Shown: piece after piece, positions 27,078 through 36,572 of the stretch
How the letters are laid out: each line of letters opens with the position of its first letter
Position numbering within the stretch: the first letter of the stretch is position 1
DNA from: Alphaproteobacteria bacterium
Lineage (GTDB): Bacteria > Pseudomonadota > Alphaproteobacteria > Rs-D84
Direction of reading: 5' to 3'
NCBI GenBank assembly: GCA_031555055.1
Contig: JAVBUT010000002.1
Span: 75,370 to 139,369, forward strand
Length of the DNA: 64,000 bases
Notes under the pieces: generated by a model
Databases searched by the model: none
What the model was told of the DNA's origin: nothing
The model's input: only the letters and a program-made list of their open reading frames with translations
Program-made: the position numbers and the translations under genes

Positions 27078-29345
27078 ATGAACTTAGTTATAGTTGAATC
27101 ACCGTCCAAAGCAAAAACAATCGAGAAATATCTTGGTCGTGATTGGCGCGTTGTAGCGTCGGTTGGCCATGTGCGCGATCTGGTGCCGGAAAACGGCAGT
27201 GTCGATGTCGATCATGATTTCGCGATGAAGTGGCAGATTATGCCCGGCAAGGAAAAACAAATGAAACTGATTCTGGACGAAGTCAAAAAGGCGGATGCTG
27301 TATATCTGGCAAGCGACCCGGACCGCGAAGGAGAAGCGATCAGCTGGCACATACTTGATATACTGAATGCTAAAAAAGCGCTGAGTGGGAAAAAAGTATA
27401 CCGCGTCGCATTCCATGAAATTACAAAAAAAGCCGTGAACGAAGCAATCTCAAACCCGCGCGAAATCGACCAAAATCTGGTTGATGCATATTTGGTTCGC
27501 CGCGCTTTGGACTATCTGATCGGGTTTGGCGTGTCGCCATTATTGTGGCGCCGCAACCTTGGGAAATCTGCTGGCCGCGTACAATCGGTTGCCGTAAAAC
27601 TGGTCGTTGATCGTGAACGCGAAATCGAAGCATTCAAACCGGTGGAATACTGGTCACTGGATGCGGAATGTAATAAAGATAAAAATAAATTCAATGCGCG
27701 CCTGTCACAATTCAATGGCAAAAAAATTGACAAGATGACCATTGAAAACAAAGAACAAATGGATCGCATTCTGGATGTCTTGAAAACACCGCTGGATGCA
27801 TCAGTGTCTAATGTTGAGCGGAAAAAAGTATCGCGCAAGCCATATGCACCTTTTACCACATCGACACTGCAACAGGAAGCCGCGCGCAAACTATACTTTT
27901 CGTCCAAACGCACAATGTCCGCCGCACAAAAACTGTACGAGCAGGGCTTGATCACATACATGCGTACAGACGCGACCAACCTGTCCAATGACGCGGTTAC
28001 TGAAATACGCGAATTTATTGGTCGCGAATATGGTGATGCGTTCTTGCCAAAATCACCGAACATATATGTCACAAAATCCAAAAATGCCCAAGAAGCGCAC
28101 GAAGCAATACGTCCAACAGGAATCAGTTTAAAGGAATCGGGAATCAGTGGTGACGAAGCAAAACTTTATGATCTGATATGGAAGCGTACCGTTGCATGCC
28201 AGATGACCAATGCGGAATTCGACAGTGTGGCCGTTGACATTGAAACAAAATCCGCCGTATTCCACGCCACCGGCCAGACACGCACATTTGACGGATTTAT
28301 GAAAGTTTATATCGAAGACAAAGATGATTCCGATGACAACGAGGGCGAATCTAAACTGCCGGTATTAAATGTCGGCGATGCGATCAGTATTGAAAAACTG
28401 ACCCCGGATCAGCACTTTACACAACCGCCCGCCAGATATACCGAAGCGTCATTGGTTAAAAAATTGGAAGAGCTGGGGATCGGGCGCCCGTCCACATACG
28501 CGGCGATCATGTCAACGATTGTCGATCGTAATTACGTCGAACAGGACAAGTCGCGCCGCTTTAACCCGACGGCCGGCGGATGGGTGATTTCCGGGTATTT
28601 GACGAAATACTTCCCGGATTTGGTCGATGTGAACTTTACCGCGAAAACCGAAGATAAACTGGACGACGTTTCAAACGGCGATGCACAAAAAATTCCTGTG
28701 CTGACCGGATTCTGGACACCGACGCAAAAGATGATCGACGCGGCAAAAGATATAAAAACCACTGAAATTATAAACGACCTGAATGACAGTATGGCGTATC
28801 ATCTGTTCCAAGACAACGGCAATAAGTGTCCACAGTGCGCGAACGGAACATTAGGATTAAAACTGTCTAAATACGGCGCGTTTATCGGGTGTTCAAATTA
28901 TCCGGAATGCAAATATACACAGAAACTGGATACTGTCGCTGATGGTGTTGTGCACTCTGTCGAAGAAGGCAAACCAGGTGCCAAAGGCCAAGAATCAATC
29001 GATCTGGGCAACGGTGTATTATTCAAAATCGGACGGTTTGGCCCCTATGTTACAAATGGCGAAAAAAACGCCAGTGCCAAGAAATACAACGCAGACACGA
29101 TCACGCTGGAAATTGCAAACGAACTTTTGTCGGGTGAAAAAAAGAAAGCTGTGGGCGAAGAACTTGGTGCCAATCCCGCCAGTGGCAAACCGATTTTATA
29201 CTATGCCGACGGCCGATATGGCGCGTATATTTCCAGTAACAAAGTAAACGTTTCCGTCAAGGAACAACCGACACTGGACGAAGCAATTGAATTGATCAAC
29301 AACAAAAAACCAAGTGCGAAAAAGGGTTGGGGACGCAAAAAGTAA
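27078..29345 (+). CDS. topA: DNA topoisomerase I
   Basis: Toprim N-terminus (LVIVESPSKAKTIEKYLG), active-site region (LITYMRTD) and C-terminal Zn ribbons (CPQCANG...CSNYPEC). Confidence 0.9.
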   Translation: MNLVIVESPSKAKTIEKYLGRDWRVVASVGHVRDLVPENGSVDVDHDFAMKWQIMPGKEKQMKLILDEVKKADAVYLASDPDREGEAISWHILDILNAKKALSGKKVYRVAFHEITKKAVNEAISNPREIDQNLVDAYLVRRALDYLIGFGVSPLLWRRNLGKSAGRVQSVAVKLVVDREREIEAFKPVEYWSLDAECNKDKNKFNARLSQFNGKKIDKMTIENKEQMDRILDVLKTPLDASVSNVERKKVSRKPYAPFTTSTLQQEAARKLYFSSKRTMSAAQKLYEQGLITYMRTDATNLSNDAVTEIREFIGREYGDAFLPKSPNIYVTKSKNAQEAHEAIRPTGISLKESGISGDEAKLYDLIWKRTVACQMTNAEFDSVAVDIETKSAVFHATGQTRTFDGFMKVYIEDKDDSDDNEGESKLPVLNVGDAISIEKLTPDQHFTQPPARYTEASLVKKLEELGIGRPSTYAAIMSTIVDRNYVEQDKSRRFNPTAGGWVISGYLTKYFPDLVDVNFTAKTEDKLDDVSNGDAQKIPVLTGFWTPTQKMIDAAKDIKTTEIINDLNDSMAYHLFQDNGNKCPQCANGTLGLKLSKYGAFIGCSNYPECKYTQKLDTVADGVVHSVEEGKPGAKGQESIDLGNGVLFKIGRFGPYVTNGEKNASAKKYNADTITLEIANELLSGEKKKAVGEELGANPASGKPILYYADGRYGAYISSNKVNVSVKEQPTLDEAIELINNKKPSAKKGWGRKK

Positions 29346-29611
29346 TGAGCATATTCGCAAAACGAAATTTTTATAAAACCCTGTTGAACGCCAAACCGTT
29401 TGATTTTGAGATACATCAAAAAACACTTGATAACCTGATGTTTCATAGAACAGATGTTTTTTATGGAAACATCAGAATAACATTGTGCCGCCTTATGGAT
29501 AATAAACCAAAAGCCTATTATGCCGAAGCATACGAATATGACGAATCTTTGTTTGTATTCCGCGGTCGGCGCGCACGAAAACTATACGAACATTTTAATT
29601 CCGGCCGGTAA
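29345..29611 (+). CDS. hypothetical protein
   Basis: An 88-aa ORF. Its ATG overlaps the topA stop (TAATG). I recognise no motif. Confidence 0.35.
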   Translation: MSIFAKRNFYKTLLNAKPFDFEIHQKTLDNLMFHRTDVFYGNIRITLCRLMDNKPKAYYAEAYEYDESLFVFRGRRARKLYEHFNSGR

Positions 29612-29656
29612 AACAATAAATTTGATTCTTGGAGTTTCCCGGTCTATAATTGGCGC

Positions 29657-31282
29657 ATGGCAAACACCGGGCGCAATTTCACAGACGAGCTACGCGAAAG
29701 ATTATCAATCGTCGACGTTGTTGGGCGGCGCGTGCCGCTGAATAAAAAAGGCCAGAATTTTTGGGGATGCTGTCCGTTTCATAATGAAAAGACCCCCAGT
29801 TTTTCCGTTAATGAAGAAAAAGGTTTTTACCACTGTTTCGGGTGTGGCGAACACGGCGATATAATCTCATTCGTGATGAAGTCAAATAATATGGACTTTA
29901 AGTCCGCGATCGCGGAGCTGGCCCAAATGGCCGGCCTGAAAATGCCGGAATACAAACCAAAAAGCGCAGAGCAGGTAAAGCGCGAAGAAACCTATATCGA
30001 CATCACGGAATCCGCCACCAGATTATATCAGCAAAAGTTGTTTGAGCCCGACGGCGCGGTGGCATTGGCATACGTGCGCAAGCGCGGATTCACCGACGAT
30101 ATGATAAAAAAATACCGCCTGGGGTATGCGCCTAAAAACAACACGATCGCAAACAAATTCGCAAACACCAAACAGGATACTTTGATTGCGACCGGCCTGT
30201 GTCGGCGCGGCGATTACGGAATGTATGACTTTTTCCGCGACAAATTAATGTTCCCGATTATGAACCCAAACGGCCAGGTGATTGCTTTTTCCGGACGTTC
30301 GTTGGACGGATCGGAACCAAAATATATCAACACATCCGACACGGAATTGTTTCATAAAAGAAAAACTGTATTCGGCCTGAACTTTGCGCGCGATTCGATA
30401 CATCGCAGCAACCGCGCAATCGTGGTCGAAGGACAGATCGACGCAATCCAAATGCAATGTCATGGATTCGGCGAAACTGTCGCGCCACTGGGGACCGCAC
30501 TGACCGAAGATCATATCGCGATACTATGCAAACTGAATCGCAACATCACGTTTTGCTTTGACGGCGACAATGCAGGACAAAAGGCTGCGGCGCGCGCATG
30601 TGGCATAATTCTGGCATTTATACGGGATAATTCTGAAATCAAATTTGCGTTTATGCCAAAGGGCTCTGACCCGGACGAGATATTAAGGAATCAGTCTGCT
30701 GGTAATGAAAAAATGAAATCAATCATTGATTGTGCAATACCTTTGGTTGATTTTTTGTGGAACCTGGCAAATACCGGATTTCTGGTATCGACACCGGGCG
30801 GACGCACCCAGTCCGAAAAATTTTTGAAAAAAGAATTGGAAAAAATCACCGATCCGGATTTAAAAAAAGAATTTTCCAAAGAATACGATTCACGAAAATT
30901 CAAACACTGGCACAGCTGGAAAAAGGATGTAGGGGCGAATATAAATTCGCCCGTGCCAAACGTTGACGCAATCACAACAAAAACATTGCGCGAGATTGTT
31001 GAACATTTTCCGGACCTGGCCGAACGTCACGGCGAATTCTTGGCAACCTTAAATATATCGTTTGACGGCGGTCCGGATAAAACAAATATGACTGTCGCAG
31101 ATGCTGAAAAATTCATCGTGTCGTTAAAGTTAAAAAAGTATCTGGAAAAATTAAACGCGGAACGTAAAGCGCTGACCGTAAAAATACTGACCGGCGACAA
31201 CGCCAGCAAAGACAGGATTTCCGCTATCGACGCCGAGATTGCAAAATCAAACGAACGTTTGCAAAAATTGAGCGATATATAG
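29657..31282 (+). CDS. dnaG: DNA primase
   Basis: Zn finger CCPFHNEKTPSFSV...YHCFGCGEHGD and a Toprim core (VVEGQIDAI, FDGDNAGQKAA). Confidence 0.9.
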   Translation: MANTGRNFTDELRERLSIVDVVGRRVPLNKKGQNFWGCCPFHNEKTPSFSVNEEKGFYHCFGCGEHGDIISFVMKSNNMDFKSAIAELAQMAGLKMPEYKPKSAEQVKREETYIDITESATRLYQQKLFEPDGAVALAYVRKRGFTDDMIKKYRLGYAPKNNTIANKFANTKQDTLIATGLCRRGDYGMYDFFRDKLMFPIMNPNGQVIAFSGRSLDGSEPKYINTSDTELFHKRKTVFGLNFARDSIHRSNRAIVVEGQIDAIQMQCHGFGETVAPLGTALTEDHIAILCKLNRNITFCFDGDNAGQKAAARACGIILAFIRDNSEIKFAFMPKGSDPDEILRNQSAGNEKMKSIIDCAIPLVDFLWNLANTGFLVSTPGGRTQSEKFLKKELEKITDPDLKKEFSKEYDSRKFKHWHSWKKDVGANINSPVPNVDAITTKTLREIVEHFPDLAERHGEFLATLNISFDGGPDKTNMTVADAEKFIVSLKLKKYLEKLNAERKALTVKILTGDNASKDRISAIDAEIAKSNERLQKLSDI

Positions 31283-31284
31283 AA

Positions 31285-31306
31285 AAGGGCGCAAATATGC
31301 GCCCTT
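31285..31306. terminator. bidirectional hairpin between dnaG and ychF
   Basis: aagggcgca-aata-tgcgccctt. Confidence 0.55.
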
Positions 31307-31319
31307 ACGTTATCGTGCT

Positions 31320-32414
31320 TTAATTATTAAACAAAAAGTGACAAATGTCGCCGTCGTTCATAACATAATCCCGGCCGACCAGACGCATTTTGCCGGCATC
31401 CTTGACAGCAACCTCGGACCCAAGTGTGATATAATCGCTAGGCGATATGATTTCCGCGCGGATAAAACCTTTTTCAAAATCAGTATGTATCTTGCCGGCG
31501 GCTTGGGGCGCGGTCATCCCGCGACTGATTGTCCATGCGTGCGCTTCCTTAGGGCCGATCGTATAAAACGTCTGCAGACCCAATGTTTCATATCCTGTGC
31601 GGATAATCTGTGACAGGCCGGATTCGGTCAGGCCCAGTTCATCCAAAAACATTTTACGCTCGGCCGGATCGACAATTTGTGAAATTTCCATTTCTATTTT
31701 TGATGAAATTACCAGAACCGGTGATGTATTTCCAAACTTTTCAGTCACAGCGCGCGAATATTCGTTGCCAGTGGCGGCGGCTGATTCTTCGACATTACAC
31801 ACGTAAATTACCGGCTTTTCGGTTAATAAATTGAAAAGATTTCCGATTTCTGATTTCTGATTTCTGATTTGATCCCTGGCCGGTGTTCCGTCCTCTAGCC
31901 CTTTTTTAATTTCATTCGCCAGGTCCAATTGTTTTATCGCTTCCTTGTCCTGGCCGCGGGCCTTTTTGGTTAAATTCGCAATCTGTTTATCCAAAGATTC
32001 CAAGTCAGCCAGCATCAGTTCTGTTTCAATAATATCAATATCGGCCAATGGGTCTATGCGGCCGGCAACATGCACAATATCATCGTTTTGAAAACAACGT
32101 ACGACATGTATGATCGCGTCTGTCGCCAAAATATTGCCCAAGAATTTATTCCCCAAACCTTCGCCAGATGACGCCCCTTTGACCAGGCCCGCTATATCGA
32201 CAATTTCCAGTTGGGTCGGGATTATTTTTTGCGAACCGGCAACCGTGGCCAGTTTGTGCAACGTCTCGTCCGGAACAACCACGCGGCCTGTGTTCGGCTC
32301 TATGGTGCAAAAAGGATAGTTTTGGGCATCGGCTGTGGCACTCATCGTCAATGCGTTAAACAATGTTGATTTACCAACATTCGGCAGTCCTACAATTCCA
32401 CAGTTGAATCCCAT
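31320..32414 (-). CDS. ychF: ribosome-binding ATPase YchF
   Basis: GIVGLPNVGKSTLFNAL P-loop and a TGS-like C-terminus (GFIRAEI). Confidence 0.9.
   Translation of the reverse strand: MGFNCGIVGLPNVGKSTLFNALTMSATADAQNYPFCTIEPNTGRVVVPDETLHKLATVAGSQKIIPTQLEIVDIAGLVKGASSGEGLGNKFLGNILATDAIIHVVRCFQNDDIVHVAGRIDPLADIDIIETELMLADLESLDKQIANLTKKARGQDKEAIKQLDLANEIKKGLEDGTPARDQIRNQKSEIGNLFNLLTEKPVIYVCNVEESAAATGNEYSRAVTEKFGNTSPVLVISSKIEMEISQIVDPAERKMFLDELGLTESGLSQIIRTGYETLGLQTFYTIGPKEAHAWTISRGMTAPQAAGKIHTDFEKGFIRAEIISPSDYITLGSEVAVKDAGKMRLVGRDYVMNDGDICHFLFNN
31838..31872 (-). repeat. 7-nt tandem array inside ychF
   Basis: The forward strand reads gatttcc gatttct gatttct gatttct gatttga. In the sense orientation this is the AATCAGA family, translated as IRNQKSEIGN. 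Confidence 0.8.
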
Positions 32415-32430
32415 TAAAAACTCCGTTTTT

Positions 32431-32465
32431 TATTTATGATTGCTGATTTATGATTTATGATTTAT
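32431..32465. repeat. 7-nt tandem array (GATTTAT family)
   Basis: gattgct gatttat gatttat gatttat, lying between ychF and the SufD-like gene and containing that gene's candidate start codons. Confidence 0.8.
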
Positions 32466-33173
32466 ACTTTGGTTACTATGAACTACTTGTGGCAAGAATT
32501 CAATATAAAAACCTTTCCATCCGAAACGATTGTGTTTCGTGACGGGGTGTTTCAACCCGAATTATCAACTGTCCGCGAATCAGATTTTAATAATCCAGAA
32601 TCAGATATTATTATAAACAAAGTTCATGATCTGCCGATCCATATAATTTATATTGGTGAAATTGATGGACAACATAATATTAAAATTAATTTATCTGCGC
32701 CGGAACAACCGGTGTTTTTAACCGTAAAAATTCAAAATAAAAAGCCGGCTTTTTTAAACATTTTTGTTAAAAACACCGGTAAAAATTCGGAATTTAATGG
32801 GAACATATTGGCACAAAATTATTCTGAACTCTTGGTTGAAACAACCGGTCTGCATATGGCACCAGATACAAATATATTTATAAAAACAAAAGTTGTCGCG
32901 CACAAATCCACAGACACCAAATTAACCGGCGCTGCAATAATTGAACCTGTTTGTAAAAATTGTAAATCTGATATTGAATTTTCTGTTCTGGCCGATCCAT
33001 CCGCAAAAATAATGTTTGAACCAAAACAACTGATATCCGCCGCACCGGAATCAGCTGAACACTCTGCATCCTTATATAAAGGTACTGCGCCACAGATTGA
33101 ATACTTACGCACCACAGGCATGGGCACGTTGGAAATTAAAAAAATTCTGGAAGAAGCGTTTATTAATAATTAA
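32457..33173 (+). CDS. SufD/SufB-family (UPF0051) domain protein, short orphan
   Basis: The C-terminal pattern ...EPKQLISAAPESAEHSASLYKGTAPQIEYLRTTGMGTLEIKKILEEAF parallels the SufD ADDVKcSHGAtvG..d.eqiFYLrsRGi...A..ll..aF segment. There is no sufB, sufC or sufS nearby. The start is uncertain (ATG 32457 or 32478). Confidence 0.45.
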   Translation: MIYTLVTMNYLWQEFNIKTFPSETIVFRDGVFQPELSTVRESDFNNPESDIIINKVHDLPIHIIYIGEIDGQHNIKINLSAPEQPVFLTVKIQNKKPAFLNIFVKNTGKNSEFNGNILAQNYSELLVETTGLHMAPDTNIFIKTKVVAHKSTDTKLTGAAIIEPVCKNCKSDIEFSVLADPSAKIMFEPKQLISAAPESAEHSASLYKGTAPQIEYLRTTGMGTLEIKKILEEAFINN

Positions 33174-33189
33174 TTTAATGACTAATAAA

Positions 33190-33214
33190 AAACCGCCATA
33201 CGGCGGGTTTTCTT
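33190..33214 (+). terminator. rho-independent terminator
   Basis: aaaaaaccgcc-atac-ggcgggttttcttt. Confidence 0.6.
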
Positions 33215-33320
33215 TAAAAATCAATTTATATGTGACGAATGCGGTGTTTTAATCAAGGGAGTGTACAAACAAGTACATAACCGGCCATTAAAACAAGCAG
33301 GCGGCCATAGAAATTGATTT

Positions 33321-33452
33321 TTATTTCTTAAAGCCCTGCTTAGCCTTGAATTTAGGCTTATCCGGGTCGATAAGAATGACTTGCTTACCACGGCGAATTT
33401 GTTTTATGTTACCGCGCTTCTTCCAAGCCTTTAAAGAACTTAAGAACTTCAT
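33321..33452 (-). CDS. rpmJ: 50S ribosomal protein L36 (Cys-less, YkgO-like type)
   Basis: Not in the ORF track because it is under 60 aa. Hand translation gives MKFLSSLKAWKKRGNIKQIRRGKQVILIDPDKPKFKAKQGFKK, which parallels E. coli YkgO [41 protein letters not shown]. AAGGA lies upstream. Confidence 0.8.
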   Translation of the reverse strand: MKFLSSLKAWKKRGNIKQIRRGKQVILIDPDKPKFKAKQGFKK

Positions 33453-33768
33453 AATAATATCCTTTATTGCCATGCGATTATAACGACTTTTTAATAAAAA
33501 TCAAATAAATCTTTGATTATTTATATATATTGTTGTTTTTGTTGTAGCTGTTAGTTTTGTTGAAATTGGTTTTTATAAGATTTTTAACAAATTTTTAACA
33601 AAAATTCCCAGTGTTTCTGCGAGTTTTATAAAAATTGTTAAAAAAACACAAAAATAATTAACAGTTTAAAACAAGACTTTTATTAACATATTTTGACATG
33701 ATTTTTCCAAATTCAGACAATATTGTTAAAAAAGGTTGAAAAACCGAAGACACAAATCACTTTTGTTA

Positions 33769-33797
33769 TTGTTAAAAATTGTTGAAATTGTTATAAT
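33769..33797 (+). promoter_or_regulatory. candidate sigma70-type promoter for virB3-virB4
   Basis: TTGTTA (33769-33774), a 17-nt spacer, then TATAAT (33792-33797). This is followed by AGGAG and ATG 33816. Confidence 0.4.
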
Positions 33798-33815
33798 TTA
33801 ACCACAGGAGAAAGA

Positions 33816-34112
33816 ATGCGTCAGCAGGTTTTGAAAGCTTTGGCGAATCCATCGCGCATATTTTACGTGCCTTATTCTTTGGCTGTGGCCAATTTCGCCA
33901 TACAATTTCTGGTATTTATCGCAATTTTTGTTGCGACTCTGATTGCGACGGGTGGCTCGGCCAGTTTGGACCCACTGACATTTTTAATTTCGGTTATAGT
34001 TGTGCATGTTATTTTGGCCAGTTTTTCAAAATCAGAACCGCAATTAGCCCAAATAATATCTGCAAAAATACAACTTTATAAACACAGGGTGCCAGAACGA
34101 ATGGCAGCATAA
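33816..34112 (+). CDS. virB3: type IV secretion system protein VirB3/TrbD family
   Basis: 98 aa with an N-terminal LKALANPSRIFYVP (the VirB3 L..L.RP....GVP pattern) and two TM segments. It sits immediately upstream of virB4. Confidence 0.7.
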   Translation: MRQQVLKALANPSRIFYVPYSLAVANFAIQFLVFIAIFVATLIATGGSASLDPLTFLISVIVVHVILASFSKSEPQLAQIISAKIQLYKHRVPERMAA

Positions 34113-34114
34113 AA

Positions 34115-36523
34115 ATGAAAGATTTTTTTAATTTTTTCGTCGGTATGGATTTTCCTATAACATCGATAATTCTGGTTATGGCGGTGATTTTGGTGTTTGT
34201 GATTCTTATGCTGTATGTGCCGACATTGACGCTGTGGATTTTTCCAAAATTCGGGTATAAAAAATATTCGGAATATCTGCCGTTCAAGACAATTTATACA
34301 GACAATACCATACAGTTGACCGACGGATCACTGATACGCGCGTATCGCGTCGACGGCGTCCAAACCAGCATGCAGGATGACAAGACACGTGAAAAATTCC
34401 TGGAACTGCGCGCGCAGTTGTTCAATCAGATTCGCGACCCGGGCGTTACTATGCGTTTTTATATGATCCGCGATGCCGCGCCGGACAAAACAGATTATGA
34501 ATTTGATCAGCAGACACTGCAAAGAATTTATGATAAATGGAACAGCCAGGGTCTGAAAATATTCAACAATAACTATTACATTGTGCTGTCGGCGTCCGGC
34601 ACCGGTGCGCGTGAAAAACTGAACCAATATGGAAACTATCTGGAATCCATACTGGCCGCATACAAACCGGTCGTGCTTGCCCATAACAAGCCTGAAAATA
34701 TGGCAAAACTGTTCGGACGGATATTGTCGCCGATTACAAAACCGACCCCGCAAAAATGCGATCAAAAAATGGCCGACACAATAACTGTCGACGATGTAGA
34801 GTTTATGAAAAACGGAACTGTCCGATATATCAGCGGCGGTGTTCAGACTTTCGCTGCAATGGTGTCATTCAAAGTATCCCCGGATTTTCTGGACGAGGAA
34901 TTTTTTAACTCGGTATCCACAATCCAGACAGAAATGATCACGATGAATGGATTTCGAATAATGGGCGGTGCAGATGTAGAGGCTGTGATCCGCCAACGCC
35001 GCGCCACCGTAGAGGAAACAGACACATCATCAGACCAGCAGATAGAAGCCGCACAATCCGCCATGGACGAGAATATCACAGGCACCCAGACACTGATAAA
35101 TTATTATCCATTGTTTGTGCTGTTCGGCGCGACAGAATCTGCGCTGATCGACAGTGTTAACGAATTTAAAAAAATCTGTGCGTCGTTTGGCGTATCGCCG
35201 GTTGTTGAAAACTTTGCAGCCAAAGTATCATGGTTTGCACAGTTGCCAGGATTCGACACTTTTCCGCGCAGCTTTAAAATGCTGTCGAAAACGGCCGCGG
35301 TCAGCATACCGATGTCCAGCACCCCAAAGGGTGTTCCGAATTCCGACTGGGGTCCGGGTCCGCTGGTTGTATTCCCAACCGCCCAGGGCACACCATATCA
35401 ATTCCAATTTCATGTATCCAGCGCGCCTGCGGCGGTCGGACACACGTTGACCATTGGCCCGACAGGTGGTGGTAAAACAACTCTATTCTCTTTCCTGATC
35501 GCGCAATCGTTGCGTCACCCAAAACTAAAAGCTTTCTTTTTCGATCGCAACAAGGGTGCGGAAATATTCACCCTGTCTGTTGGTGGAAAATACGTGACCA
35601 TGCAGGGCAAGGAAAAATCAGCCGGTATGAATTTCGAAGCGCACCTGAACCCGCTGAAGATGGAAGATTCTGTCGCAAACCGCGCATTTTTGCGGCGTTG
35701 GTTCGCAATGATATCTGGACAAAGCGATCCAAAATCTGCGGATGAAATTGCGCGCGCGGTATCGGTGAATTTCGACTATTTGTCCGATGATAACAGAATG
35801 CTGAAAAACCTGTGGGAAAGTTGTTTTTCATCAAATGGCACCATGCGCGCAGCGCTGAAAAAGTGGGTCGATCCGCTGCAATATGGTGAAATATTTAACG
35901 AGGACAAGGATACATTAGACCTGTATTCGCGACTGACAACGTTTGATTTTACTGATATTCTGGCTGATGAAAACCTGGCCCCGGCAGTTATATCGTACAT
36001 ACTGCACAGAATAAACAATACTACGGTGTCCGGCGGAAATCCGTCGCTGATTATGATCGACGAAACGGCACCGATGTTGGAAAACAAAATGTTCCGCGAC
36101 AACTTTATCGTAGGTTTGCAAGAAGGCAGAAAAAACCGCCAGGCATACATGGTTTCTTTCCAGCGCGCAAACGTGCTGGACAAGCTGGGGATTGGCGATG
36201 TTGTCCGCGGCCAGGCCCAAACAGTGCTGTTTTTCCGCAATCCGGCGGCCGATGCGAACGACTATGCGCACTGGAATCTTAACCCGCTGGAAATGGCCTT
36301 TATCCAGGGCAAGGCGTATCCAAACCTTAAACGCGCGGTATTGTTATCGCGGCCCGTAAACGGCGAATCTGTGATATTGAATACAGAGCTGGGCGGACTT
36401 GGCAATCTGCTGCGTCTGTTTGAATCCGGACGTTCCAGCGTCTTGTTGGCCGAAGATTTGTACAAGCAATACGGAAACGCCTTTGTGGATGAATATTTGA
36501 AAAAGCAGGGCGCCGCTGAATAG
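34115..36523 (+). CDS. virB4: type IV secretion system ATPase VirB4/TrbE family
   Basis: 802 aa with an N-terminal TM segment, Walker A GPTGGGKTT, Walker B-like LIMIDETAPML, and the expected size and position after virB3. Confidence 0.85.
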   Translation: MKDFFNFFVGMDFPITSIILVMAVILVFVILMLYVPTLTLWIFPKFGYKKYSEYLPFKTIYTDNTIQLTDGSLIRAYRVDGVQTSMQDDKTREKFLELRAQLFNQIRDPGVTMRFYMIRDAAPDKTDYEFDQQTLQRIYDKWNSQGLKIFNNNYYIVLSASGTGAREKLNQYGNYLESILAAYKPVVLAHNKPENMAKLFGRILSPITKPTPQKCDQKMADTITVDDVEFMKNGTVRYISGGVQTFAAMVSFKVSPDFLDEEFFNSVSTIQTEMITMNGFRIMGGADVEAVIRQRRATVEETDTSSDQQIEAAQSAMDENITGTQTLINYYPLFVLFGATESALIDSVNEFKKICASFGVSPVVENFAAKVSWFAQLPGFDTFPRSFKMLSKTAAVSIPMSSTPKGVPNSDWGPGPLVVFPTAQGTPYQFQFHVSSAPAAVGHTLTIGPTGGGKTTLFSFLIAQSLRHPKLKAFFFDRNKGAEIFTLSVGGKYVTMQGKEKSAGMNFEAHLNPLKMEDSVANRAFLRRWFAMISGQSDPKSADEIARAVSVNFDYLSDDNRMLKNLWESCFSSNGTMRAALKKWVDPLQYGEIFNEDKDTLDLYSRLTTFDFTDILADENLAPAVISYILHRINNTTVSGGNPSLIMIDETAPMLENKMFRDNFIVGLQEGRKNRQAYMVSFQRANVLDKLGIGDVVRGQAQTVLFFRNPAADANDYAHWNLNPLEMAFIQGKAYPNLKRAVLLSRPVNGESVILNTELGGLGNLLRLFESGRSSVLLAEDLYKQYGNAFVDEYLKKQGAAE

Positions 36524-36572
36524 CGCGCAATTTAAGAATTGTTTTATCGGATAATTATTCTATAATCCAATC

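Noticed and set aside
33480-33815. AT-rich iteron-containing gap as a chromosomal or plasmid replication origin
   Set aside because: I found no DnaA-box-like 9-mers (TTATCCACA or close variants) and no rep, dnaA or hemE context. The motifs are better explained as promoter-proximal regulator sites, and even that is tentative.
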